64,000 nt of DNA, from the NCBI RefSeq assembly GCF_035084215.1, contig NC_090356.1:17174001-17238000 (forward strand). Reading direction: 5' to 3'. The position numbers and the translations under genes are program-made. Each line of letters starts with the position of its first letter. Position 1 is the first letter of the stretch. Shown piece by piece: positions 48,693-59,251 of the stretch. The notes below the pieces were generated by a model. That model saw nothing but the letters and a program-made list of their open reading frames with translations, was not told where the DNA came from and did no database searches. This DNA is from Heptranchias perlo. Lineage: Eukaryota.

Positions 48693-51025
48693 TTGAGAAA
48701 CTCGGCATCACCACCAGCAACGACCAAGCTTCCCCTGGTACCACGGTTGCAACCACAGGGAAGTCTATTGTCAATTTATCCGACCACACCCTTCAACCAG
48801 ACGAAATCGAAGTTCTCAGCCGAGGGCTCAATTTCTGCCCCACTACCAAAATGGACCCCACTAGTCTCGCGGCGGACACAGAGGAATTCATCAGGAGAAT
48901 GAGGCTCCGGGAATTCTACCACAAACCCCAAGATTTCAGCAGCGAACCCAATGAGACAATCGACGATCCGGAACAGCAGACAGAGGGATCCGCGGTACAG
49001 CAACCGAAGAGGAAAGAGTCAAACTGGACTCCTCCGGAGGGTCGCTGCCCTCAGCTGGACATGTATGCTCAAGCTGTCAGGAAATGCGTCAATGCCAGAT
49101 TCATCAGCCGCACTCAGAAGACAGTCCAGAATGTCACCCGAGCACAACGCAACGCCATCAACGCTCTCAAGACCAACCGCAACATCGTCATCAAACCAGC
49201 GGACAAAGGAGGAGCCATAGTCATACAGAACAGAACAGACTATTGCAAAGAAGCATACCGACAACTGGACAACCAGGAACACTACAGACGGTTACCCGCA
49301 GATCCGACCAAAGAACACACCCACCAGCTCAACAAACTGATCAAGACCTTCGATCCAGACCTTCAAAGCATCCTACGCACTCTCATCCCACGTAATCCCC
49401 GCGTGGGAGACTTCTACTGCCTCCCAAAGATACACAAAGCCAACACACCTGGACGTCCCATCGTATCAGGCAACAGAACCCTGTGTGAGAACCTCTCTGG
49501 ATACATCGAGGGCATCCTGAAACCCATCGTACAGGGAACCCCCAGCTTCTGTCGCGACACTACAGACTTCCTACAAAAACTCAGTACCCACGGACCAGTT
49601 GAACCAGGAACACTTCTCACCACGATGGACGTCTCGGCACTATACACCAGTATCCCCCACGATGACGGCATCGCTGCGACAGCATCAATACTCAACACCA
49701 ACAACAGCCAATCTCCGGAAGCCATCCTACAACTCATCCGCTTCATCCTGGATCACAATGTCTTCACCTTCGATAACCAGTTCTTTACCCAAACACACGG
49801 AACAGCCATGGGGACCAAATTCGCACCCCAATATGCCAACATTTTCATGCACAGGTTCGAGCAGGACTTCTTCACTGCACAAGACCTCCAACCAACACTA
49901 TACACCAGATACATCGACGACATTTTCTTTCTATGGACCCACGGCAAGGAATCACTAAAGAGACTACACGATAACATCAACAAGTTCCGTCCCACCATCA
50001 AGCTCACCATGGACTACTCCTCAGAATCAGTTTCTTTCTTGGACACACGAATCTCCATCAAAGACGGGCACCTCAGCACCTCACTCTACCGCAAGCCCAC
50101 GGACAACCTCACGATGCTCCACTTTTCCAGCTTCCACCCTAACCACGTCAAAGAGGCCATCCCCTATGGACAGGCCCTGCGAATACACAGGGTCTGCTCA
50201 GACGAGGAGGAACGCGATGGACACCTACAGACGCTGAAAGACGCCCTAGTAAGAACGGGATATGACGCTCGACTCATCGATCGACAGTTCCGACGGGCCA
50301 CAGCAAAAAATCGCATAGACCTCCTCAGGAGACTAACACGGGACGCAACCAACAGAGTACCCTTTGTCGTCCAGTACTTCCCCGGAGCGGAGAAACTACG
50401 CCATGTTCTCCGCAGCCTTCAACATGTCATCAATGAGGACAAACACCTCGCTATGGCCATCCCCACACCTCCACTACTCGCCTTTAAACAGCCACCCAAC
50501 CTCAAACAGACCATCGTTCGCAGCAAATTACCTAGCTTTCAAGAGAACAGCGTCCACGACACCACACAACCCTGCCACGGTAACCTCTGCAAGACATGCC
50601 AGATCATCGACACAGATACCACCATCACACGAGAGGACACCACCCACCAGGTGCATGGTTCATACTCCTGTGACTCGGCCAACGTTGTCTACCTCATACG
50701 TTGCAGGAAAGGATGCCCCAGAGCATGGTACATTGGCGAGACCATGCAGACGCTGCGACAACGGATGAACGGACACCGCGCAACAATCGCCAAACAGGAG
50801 GGTTCCCTCCCAGTCGGGGAACACTTCAGCAGTCATGGACATTCATCCACCGACCTTCGGGTAAGCGTACTCCAAGGCGGCCTTCGAGACACACGACAAC
50901 GCAAAATCGTCGAGCAGAAATTGATAGCCAAGTTCCGCACCCATGAGGACGGCCTCAACCGGGATCTTGGGTTCATGTCACGCTACACGTTACCACACCA
51001 GCGAACAAATGTTATCTGTTTTTAA
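48689..51025 (+). CDS. PLE reverse transcriptase plus Cys linker plus GIY-YIG endonuclease (778 codons; the native start is probably lost)
   Basis: KPADKGGAIV, FYCLPKIHK, MDVSALYTSIP, GTAMGTKFAP, RYIDDIFF, LYRKPTD, PCHGNLCKTC, NVVYLIRC...YIGET...RMNGH; no stops. Confidence 0.95.
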   Translation: MLEKLGITTSNDQASPGTTVATTGKSIVNLSDHTLQPDEIEVLSRGLNFCPTTKMDPTSLAADTEEFIRRMRLREFYHKPQDFSSEPNETIDDPEQQTEGSAVQQPKRKESNWTPPEGRCPQLDMYAQAVRKCVNARFISRTQKTVQNVTRAQRNAINALKTNRNIVIKPADKGGAIVIQNRTDYCKEAYRQLDNQEHYRRLPADPTKEHTHQLNKLIKTFDPDLQSILRTLIPRNPRVGDFYCLPKIHKANTPGRPIVSGNRTLCENLSGYIEGILKPIVQGTPSFCRDTTDFLQKLSTHGPVEPGTLLTTMDVSALYTSIPHDDGIAATASILNTNNSQSPEAILQLIRFILDHNVFTFDNQFFTQTHGTAMGTKFAPQYANIFMHRFEQDFFTAQDLQPTLYTRYIDDIFFLWTHGKESLKRLHDNINKFRPTIKLTMDYSSESVSFLDTRISIKDGHLSTSLYRKPTDNLTMLHFSSFHPNHVKEAIPYGQALRIHRVCSDEEERDGHLQTLKDALVRTGYDARLIDRQFRRATAKNRIDLLRRLTRDATNRVPFVVQYFPGAEKLRHVLRSLQHVINEDKHLAMAIPTPPLLAFKQPPNLKQTIVRSKLPSFQENSVHDTTQPCHGNLCKTCQIIDTDTTITREDTTHQVHGSYSCDSANVVYLIRCRKGCPRAWYIGETMQTLRQRMNGHRATIAKQEGSLPVGEHFSSHGHSSTDLRVSVLQGGLRDTRQRKIVEQKLIAKFRTHEDGLNRDLGFMSRYTLPHQRTNVICF

Positions 51026-51254
51026 TATAATGGGTCATATGCTGGCTTTCTCTGCCTTCCGGATGTTTCTGCCTCTCTCTGTTTTTTTTCCTGTTTGTTT
51101 TTTTGTTGAATGTGTATTCGGGGGTTCTGCAGGTGACACCTCTCTGTCTGAACACGGTGATTGCCTTGGCAACGGGCAGTTGCAGGGGCATTCTGTAAAC
51201 ACCATGTATTGTTCTATATGTATAAATGCGTAGGCTTCGAGGAGCTCCTGAACA

Positions 51255-51293
51255 TTTACCTGAGGAAGGAGGAAGCCTCCGAAAGCTTGTGAA
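51255..51293 (+). ncRNA. Minimal hammerhead ribozyme motif in pLTR
   Basis: tttac-CTGAGGA-a-ggagg(aag)cctcc-GAAA-gctt-gtgaa: core CUGANGA/GAAA, 5-bp stem II, stem I tttac/gtgaa. Confidence 0.78.
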
Positions 51294-51347
51294 TTTAAAA
51301 TAAAATTGCTGGACTATAACTTGGTGTTGTAAAATTGTTTACAAGAT

Positions 51348-51572
51348 ATGATGTGGAGATGCCGGTGATGGACTGGGGTTGACAATTGTAAACAATTTTA
51401 CAACACCAAGTTATAGTCCAGCAATTTTATTTTAAATTCACAAGCTTTCGGAGGCTTCCTCCTTCGTCAGGTTCTTTCACATCGTTCACCTGACGAAGGA
51501 GGAAGCCTCCGAAAGCTTGTGAATTTAAAATAAAATTGCTGGACTATAACTTGGTGTTGTAAAATTGTTTAC
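51348..51572. mobile_element. ~225-bp non-autonomous palindromic pLTR element
   Basis: Tail, then 85-bp arms 51388-51472 and 51488-51572 around a 15-bp spacer. The outer TSD gattaccaagata is at 47358-47370 and 51573-51585. Confidence 0.92.
51485..51523 (+). ncRNA. Minimal hammerhead ribozyme motif
   Basis: ttcac-CTGACGA-a-ggagg(aag)cctcc-GAAA-gctt-gtgaa; stem I ttcac/gtgaa is perfect. Confidence 0.8.
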
Positions 51573-51638
51573 GATTACCAAGATAGGCTAATGAATTTCT
51601 TATTGTCTACAGTCATTAGGGAAACAACTTCAAAGCCT

Positions 51639-51865
51639 TAAAACAAAAGCAAAATACTGCATTTGCTGCAAATCTGAAATAAAAGCAGAAAATGCCGGAA
51701 TACTCAGCCGATCAGGCAGCATCTGTGGAGAGAGGAACAGAGTTAACATTTCAGGTCGATGAGTTCTGACAAAAGGTCATCGACCTGAAACGTTAACTCT
51801 GTTTCTCTCTCCACAGTTGCTGCCTGACTGGCTGAGTATTTCCAGCATTTTCTGTTTTTAATTTC
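51639..51865. mobile_element. Second-family palindromic element (probably PLE-derived) with a hammerhead-like motif
   Basis: Arms tgaaataaaagcagaaaatg...caggtcgatga and tcatcgacctg...ttttctgtttttaatttca; left-only tail; direct repeat ttcaaagcct at 51629-51638 and 51863-51872. Confidence 0.85.
51761..51799 (+). ncRNA. Hammerhead-like motif, core mutated (CTGACAA)
   Basis: gagtt-CTGACAA-a-aggtc(atc)gacct-GAAA-cgtt-aactc; same spacing as 51485. Confidence 0.65.
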
Positions 51866-52126
51866 AAAGCCTAGCTTATTAGCATTTTAACTACCTTTCA
51901 TCTCAGGGCCTTTTTTAAAAACTTGTGTGAATACACTTGGCTTTAAAACACATATCATAAATGCATCCCTTTTTTTAATACTTTTTGTGGGAAAATTGAC
52001 AAAACACTCCCACACGTAACAAGCACACTGTCTCACTTCTTTTCCACACACAATATAACCCTTAGATCTCTCTCAGGATCAGCATGCCGTCTCGCTGTTC
52101 CATTTAACATACAATATAAACCTACA

Positions 52127-52781
52127 GGTCTAGAAATTGGTTTGGGCCGGCAGGCCAGCACATACTGGGCCCAGGGAACTATTCCTGCGTCGGAATGGGT
52201 AGACCCAAGGTACACCTGATATTAGGCCTTGGACCTCATTTAAACGAGACCAGCAAGCTGCAGGTGCATGCTGGGAGCCGCAGACAGCTTGCCAGCGAAT
52301 CGGCATCGGAAATGATCGGGAGGGAGAGGGCGATCGCAAGGGGGGAAGGCAGCAATCAGGAGTCTTCAGCACTGTAGTGGAACCGGGAGGAGCACTCGGG
52401 TAAGTAATTTTTTAACAAACTTAATTTTTTGATGCCAGCATCCAGCAGTCCCTTTAAGGACCGCTGGTTAGCCCGCATGTAGACCATGTTTTCCTGAATG
52501 CAGCCGGCTGCATTCAAGACAGAACAATTTTTCAAAGGGGGCCTCAAACAGGTTTAGGCCCCTCAATTGCATGCACAAAGCATCTAACGCCTGTTTCAGG
52601 CATGGGCCCTTGATGCCTCTTTTTCTGCCTTTACCAATATGGAGGACAGTCATTGAATGTGTGTGCGCCAATGTGGGTTTCCATCATAGAATGTGTGCAC
52701 GCACATTGCCCGCCATATTGGATGCTTTGGCGCTTATTTTACGTCTGTAAAACGGGTGTGGCGCCAACCAATTTCTAGGTT
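52127..52781. mobile_element. MITE-like element (Harbinger-type ends)
   Basis: ctagaaattggtt (~52130) and aaccaatttctag (~52766-52778) are inverted ends of a GC-richer insert. Confidence 0.6.
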
Positions 52782-53289
52782 ACCATCTGTCCCCAGACCA
52801 GCAAACTGTCTCACTGTTCCATTTAACACACACTATAATGCCTGGATCTCTCTCTTGATCAGCAGACTGTTCCTTAACTCATGCTCACTCTTTTTCTCCC
52901 ATAGTTTTTATTTTACACTTATCACTGTTATATTACACATAGCACTAATTTTACACGCCATATTGAACTGCATCTGTCTATATTGGCCAATGTAACTAAA
53001 TGATCCGAACGTTTCTGAATCTGCATAAACCTGCGTTAAAATAAATGTCAGCATTAAGTAGATTAGTTTCTAATAAGAACAACCACTTGATTGAGGCCAC
53101 ACACTACACCGATCTTATAGAGGAACTGAGTGTTATAAAGGTTGATGGGAATTGGATTCTGGATGTTGAAGGTGTAACTAAGGGCGTTAGGGCCTCAGGA
53201 AACCCTTGTTTTCATTTAATATCAACACTAAGTGATGAGATGGTTAATCTGGGTTTGTTCAAGTTTTTTCCCAAGTCAGGCACCTTGCC

Positions 53290-53557
53290 AGCATTGTAGT
53301 GACGCGGTGTTTCGAAGTTCAACAATGTGCAGAGAGATTTGATCCCAGAGCTGCCTCTGGTTCAACTTGAACTTTTCCAATCCTCGATCCGCAAAGGAAT
53401 TCGAGACACTGGCGAGGGGTGCGGATTGGAGCTGGTACAGATTGAAATGTGGCTGGGACTCGCTCGGTAACTCGGCGATGTTTCGAACTTCGTATTTTGG
53501 GGAATAATATGAGCAAAGACACAGCGGAGTTTCAGAGATTCGGGAGCTGCGGCCGCC
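53290..53557 (+). promoter_or_regulatory. Probable VWA1 promoter / 5' UTR
   Basis: CpG-rich; TGACG at 53300; reverse CCAAT (attgg) at 53425-53429; directly precedes the gccgccATG. Confidence 0.6.
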
Positions 53558-53636
53558 ATGCTCGCACTCAGAGCCATCTGTCTGCAGTCCCTTTTGCGAG
53601 TGGCTTGGATCTTCCAGAGCAGTGTCCTGAGCACAG
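53558..53636 (+). CDS. VWA1: VWA1 exon 1, signal peptide (MLALRAICLQSLLRVAWIFQSSVLST)
   Basis: GCCGCCATG context; donor cag|gtgagg. The 79 nt give phase 1, matching the phase-1 acceptor at 60006. The peptide is hydrophobic. Confidence 0.8.
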
Positions 53637-54267
53637 GTGAGGCAGCTGACAGGTGGAAGCAGGACCTCGGGAGACGGGGTGGGGGGTCAATCTCCTTCCA
53701 TATGTTTGGTTGAGGAACCAGTCATATTTCAGGGGCTAATGACAAATATCACCAGTGAGAAGATGGATGATTTCCGATCTTGTTAAGATTCCAGGGAGTG
53801 AGAGGAGAATGTGCCAGGGGCAAGAATGCTGTTAAATTTTAAAAACATCAAAGGTTAGATGTGTTCAGCAGGTTTAAAAAATTGTTTTTAAAAAGTCTGT
53901 TGGGGAGACAGGTGCAAATTGTTCCCCTCAGTACAGATTGGGGCTCCTGAAGTTGGAACTGAGCCCCTGGCGTTAATGCTGGTGTCAGGTCCCTGTTTGG
54001 GGCTGGGCTTCACGGTGTAGAATTGCCACTTGAAACTGGAATCTGAAAATTTTACTTCCCACCCAAAGACAGAATCCTAGTCTACCCCAGGAGAGGCGGA
54101 TTTTGGAATTTCCTTCACTGTCTTTTAATTGTGGGAATTGCAGAGTCTAAGATTACAGTGGATTAGATTAAGATTAGAGTGCACCCATCCCAGCTAACAG
54201 GTTGCACACTCGGCTCTCTACGTTTCTGGAATATTCTGTTAGGATATTTGGATTATTCAGTCCGGCC

Positions 54268-54390
54268 TTCATAGAATCACACAGCACAGAAGGAAGCCAT
54301 TCAGCCCATCGTGCTTGTGTCAGCTCTCTAAAAGAGCTACCAATAAGTGCCACTCCCCTGCTCTTTTCTCCCATAGCCCTGCATTGTTTT
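54268..54390 (-). mobile_element. CR1-type 3' tail
   Basis: catagaatcacacagcacagaaggaagccattcagccc. Confidence 0.6.
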
Positions 54391-56239
54391 ATTTTTTAAG
54401 CCCCAAACTCGGTGGCGGAATGAGGCAGAAATGGAAATCAAAAGGCTGAAAGCTCGAATGAGAATTTGGACTTTAAAATCTGAGTCGGAACTTTTTGCAT
54501 TCATTGGGTTGGAGCTCAGAAACGGAAAATCCCGAAGGAGTTTTTACAAATCAAAATTAAAGCCGCTTCTCTGTCCCAGTTGGAAGTAGTGAGATGGGCA
54601 CATGGAATCTGCATGGCGTTCTCTGATTCTCTCTCCCACTCCCACCTACTCCTCTTTCTTATGCTGTGCCTGTCCCTCTAGTTCCGATGGGGGTAAAGTG
54701 TCAGTTCTGAGGAGCAGGTGGCGTCCACGAGGCATTTAATGCAGCAGACGGTCTGCCAGCTTTTGGCCTGGTCGGTGTCAAACCCACCACCTGAGAAATA
54801 CTCTTGTTTAACGACAGTGCCTCTAAACTGGCCGAGCCTGTAATGGACGTCAGTGGTTCGGTGGTCACAGAACTAAATCCTGTAAACTGGGTCTGTGGGT
54901 TGCTTTTGTGTCTGATTATTTGAACCCTATTGCTGTTCAGATTGTTTCTTGTCCAATGTCATTGAGTTGACCCCCCCCCCCCCACTTCTTGGCTAGGTTA
55001 GCAAATTCTGCCTGGAAGAGAGGAGGATTTGCTCCTTGCTGACTATTTAACCCACCCGTTGGTTTTGCTAGGAGCTGTTCAGCAGAAGGCATTTCCCTGC
55101 CCAGATTGGGCATGTTAGAGTGTTACAGAAGTAAAAACATCTGGAATTTCCTGGCAATTAGAAGTTGCTGCTGCGGAGTGTGTGGTCCTTAGTACAGAGT
55201 AACTGTGCCGGATGGGTGGTTATTAGTACACGGTAACTCTGCAGCTCACCTCGGGCTGAGACGTGAGTTACAATGATAACCTGGTTAAAATGCTAAGTGA
55301 CCCTTAGTTGGTGGCAATAGAAATTAAAATACTCGGGTTCCTGTAACTATATTCCTGGCAACGAGCTCAGACCTCATACGAGATTTTCACGAAAGGTTAG
55401 GAGTGACTTGGCTCCCCACAAGTTACTAACCGTGTAGCTCATTGTCTAGGTGTTCCGATCCTGTAACACAAAGCCCATACATTATTGGAATGTACACACA
55501 CTCCACTGACCTAGTGATCGCAGCCCAATGAGCAGAACAACAAAGGCTCATTAATTCAGCAGAAACTTACGTTTACAGTTAGAACTAAGATAATATCACA
55601 AGTTGGTTATTGGTAACCCGCAGTGACCTTGCAAGTGGTCCCTTCCGCAACAGTAGCCAACAATTTCCACTCTGATTGTGGACTGGCCCAAAGATAAATT
55701 TCAGAATTCAAATTTATTGCAGATAACAGTAACTATTTATCAAACAATGAGCAGCGCTGGGATTTCCTGTCCATCTGTACAGATCTCACACCTGGACATG
55801 GGCTACATACAAGTTGCTGTTCCGGAATGGTTCTGTGGAAGGGGAAAAGCTACAAAATGAATTACTCTGGTTAGACATCTCAAAAATGAAATAAATTAAA
55901 GCTTACATAAGCAGCATGCTACAGAACTCCAGACCAGTATAAGAAGGGGAGCGATTTGCTCTACAGAGAGATAGAAAGAGTATGAGAGAACAGGAAAGTT
56001 ATTTTAATAGGATACGTCAATCAACCAAATATAAATTGGGAAAATCTATGGTTTAGAGTCATAGTTGATAAATGCAATGTATGATTGCTTCATGCCCTAG
56101 TGTATTAAGGAAATCAAAAGATGCAGTGCTCATCTAGACCTGGAATTGGTTAATAACCCGGATAATATACAGGAGATTGAAGTTGTTGTACCCGTGGTAG
56201 AATAGTGTGCTCCCCAAACAGAAATAATCTAAGCAAAAT

Positions 56240-57900
56240 CAATGACTTCTACATAAATAAGATGAAAGTTTTAGACAGGCTAAAAGAGCTCAAAACAATA
56301 TGTCCCCAGAGATGGATGGTATTTATCCCAGAGTGCTGAGAGAGACCAGAAAGAAGATTTCTGTGGCACTGACAACCTTTATAAGTGAGTCACTGCGCAC
56401 TAGTGGGATACCAGAAGATTGGAAACATGATAACGTGGTGCCCATATTTAAAAACAGACAGAGGCAACTAGAGACCCATTTCATACTATACAAAATAATG
56501 GAGTTGATTATCAGGAGTACATTTGAGGATTATCTGTACAATAATTTAGAAAACAACAATCATTATAGATTCAGAAGGGAAAGATCCTGCCTGCCTGACA
56601 AACTGCTCCAATGAAGTGACGACTCAAGTGGACTGTGGATCGTCCTGTGTTGACTTCCAAAAGGTATTTGATAAAATTCCACAAAAAGGCTGTTAGTTAA
56701 ACTCAGTGTGTTAGGGATTTAGGGTAAACTCTGAGAATGGATAAATAATTGGCCGTAGAGTGGAAAACAATGAGTGCTTGTGAAAGGAGTTATGTTAGGG
56801 TGGGAGAAGGGCTGAGTGAGGTTCCCCAGGGATTGGTGTTGAGACCATCACGGTTTCTAATTTACATAAATGATCTGGATTTAGAAACTGAATGCAGTGT
56901 GGTCAAATCTGCAGATAATACCAAACTAAGGGAGGCAGTGGATTTAGAGGAGACAGCTCAGAAATTAGAGAAAAAGTTGGATAAAATACATTAGTGGGTA
57001 AAAAAGTATCAGATGAAATTTAGTGGAAATAGATTAAATTTAGTACAGACAAATGTAAAGTACAAAGAAAAAATAAGTAATAGATTTACTCCATGAATGG
57101 TATTGCAATAGCTAACGATGAAACTGAAAGAGACCTAGGATTCTTAGTAGACTCGACACTCAACAGGGGTCATTTTAACTTTGGGCAAAGGTGTAAAATG
57201 GCTGATATCGAATTGACCACTCGTTATACACCACATTTGATTTTCTTTTCCATTTAAGTCAATAGAAGGGAAAATTGGGAAAGGTGTAGAATGGGCAACC
57301 AATTCCATATCGCCTGTTTTACACAATCGCCCAAAGTTAAAATTACCCCCAACATGTTCAACCAATGCACAACAGCAATCAATAAAGCCAATGGAATGTT
57401 GAACTACATAACATCGACATTAGAATACAAGTTGACCAAACTGCATAGTGCTCTGGTCAGATTGCACCTTGAGGACTGCATCTGATTTTGGTTGCTGAGG
57501 CATAAGGGAGACATTCACATGCTAGAGGCAGTGCAGAAAAGAGCCACAAGATCCCTAGTGTCAAAGGTCTGAGTTTGGAGGAGAGACTAGAGAAATTTAG
57601 GCTTTTTAGTATGGAAGGGCAGTGTCTGAGAGATGGTTTTAGAGATATACAAGCTAGTTAAGAGAACAGAAAAGGTAAATCTGGAATATTACTTTATGTT
57701 AAATACTGACAATAGGACAAGGGGACATACGTTCAAACTTGTAAAATGTGATTTTAGGACTGAAATCAGGAAATTCTTCTTCATACAAAGATTGAACAAC
57801 ATATGGAACGGACTTCCAGGAAGAGTAGTGGAAAAAAACTCTGGAATCTTTTGAAACAATTGGATGCTGTAATGAGGGAACTTTAGCATCTTTCTGGATG
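56240..57900 (+). mobile_element. Old CR1 LINE fragment in VWA1 intron 1
   Basis: SPEMDGIYPRVLRE, VPQGLVL..FLIYINDLD, LVRLHLEDC and RTRGHTFKL. Confidence 0.85.
57165..57350. mobile_element. Palindromic MITE inserted into the CR1
   Basis: ggggtcattttaactttgggc / gcccaaagttaaaattacccc; flanking duplication aac (or caaca). The TIR resembles that of 24424-27036. Confidence 0.82.
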
Positions 57901-58094
57901 CACGAACTACCTTCCTCATTTCTTTTCCATACTGGTATGAATACCACAGAACGTGAAGTAACCAGGTTATAAAGTTAGATAAAAATATACAGAAAATATC
58001 TTTTAGAAACTGTGGTTTAAATGATAAAATTGGAGCAGTCCACACATTAGAAATGTCACACGTGTGCAGTAGGGGGCATTGAGCTGAGGCATAT

Positions 58095-58295
58095 TATTGG
58101 GACAGGTGCAGAAAAAGCTTCACTGTGTATTTGATGTGGGAGTGTTTAATGGGGCCGCGTAAAGAAAGCTTTACTCTCAATCTGACTTGTGTTATACCTT
58201 AGCTTGGAGCATTTGATGGGCAGGGTAGTGGGATCTTTACTCTGCATTCAACTCGTGCTGTACCTGCTCTGAGAGTGCTTGATGCTGACACTGAA
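58095..58295 (+). repeat. Degenerate ~60-65-bp tandem units
   Basis: ggagtgtttaatggg...agctttactct, ggagcatttgatggg...ctttactct and gagtgcttgatgctgacactg. Confidence 0.55.
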
Positions 58296-59251
58296 TACCC
58301 AAAATGGAAAGTACTCCTTTCCCAGCATTAACATCCAACAATTTGATAAAAGCAAAAATCGCCCCCAAAATTCTTGCAGAACGCTTTCCAAAACCTAGTG
58401 ACACTGTGTATTCAACCACATCATTGAGTGCATGATAATGTTTAGTTTTTATTAATAAAGAATTAATAACAGCTACAGTCTGTGATGTGGTGATTGTCTC
58501 ACTGACTGGGTGCGTTAAGTTACTAATTGTATAAATTGTCTTGTAAGCCCCTTTAATTTGGCTAAAAGTTGCATAAGCAATTATTTTGTTCAAGTACCAA
58601 ATTTTAAAGTGACAGTAACCCAGTGATTGCAGGGAAACCAGTGATGCATGACAAAGAATGTGGTACTAAGCAGATCGCATGTATTGGGAGTGCTGGTCTT
58701 TGAACCACTGTGTGCACAGTAATACTGTTTTAAGTTGAATGAATCATGTATTATTGTACATGAAGTACAATGGAATCACTTGCTGTGCATTTACACAACT
58801 GTGTTTTGCTGCTTGGGGCCAAACATAAATCCTTTGTGTGGCTGTTAATCAGCCTCAGTGCCAGCTTGTGTTGCCCTCAGTCCTGGTTTGTGTCCCCACT
58901 TGGAATGCCTGTCTACAGTAGTCATTCATTGTGCTATATTTCATTTTATTTCATTATGTTAGAGCTGCAAGTTCTGTTTTTTTAAGGCCTACTCTGCAAA
59001 CTATAACATAATAACATTATGATGGCGCAGGTGTGTAGTGCCTATCAGTGAGAAATACACTGCTAGTTACACAATGTCAGGCTATAATTAAGGGGAATGA
59101 ACAAAACTGCAGCCAGCATGTGCTACCATGAATTATGGTTTGGGATGGTGGTGGTGGAAATCCTAGCAAGAAGAGTGACAAGAAAGCATACCAGCCATAA
59201 TCTCAGCTTCCATCAAAGTACCAAATTCATTTATGTCGTATTGTCCTCTTC

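Larger units (their letters stand above)
47377..51342 (+). mobile_element. Penelope-like retroelement (Neptune-type), 5'-truncated, with a 1277-bp inverted duplication of its 3' part
   Basis: 47416-48692 is the reverse complement of 50068-51344, with only about 5 differences seen. A ~39-bp tail (47377-47415) is present on the left only. Flanked by aagatatgatgt at 47365-47376 and 51343-51354. Confidence 0.95.

Noticed and set aside
47416-51344. DNA transposon with very long TIRs, or an assembly fold-back artefact
   Set aside because: It encodes PLE RT and GIY-YIG, the arms differ at several sites, the tail is one-sided and 12-13-bp TSDs are present.
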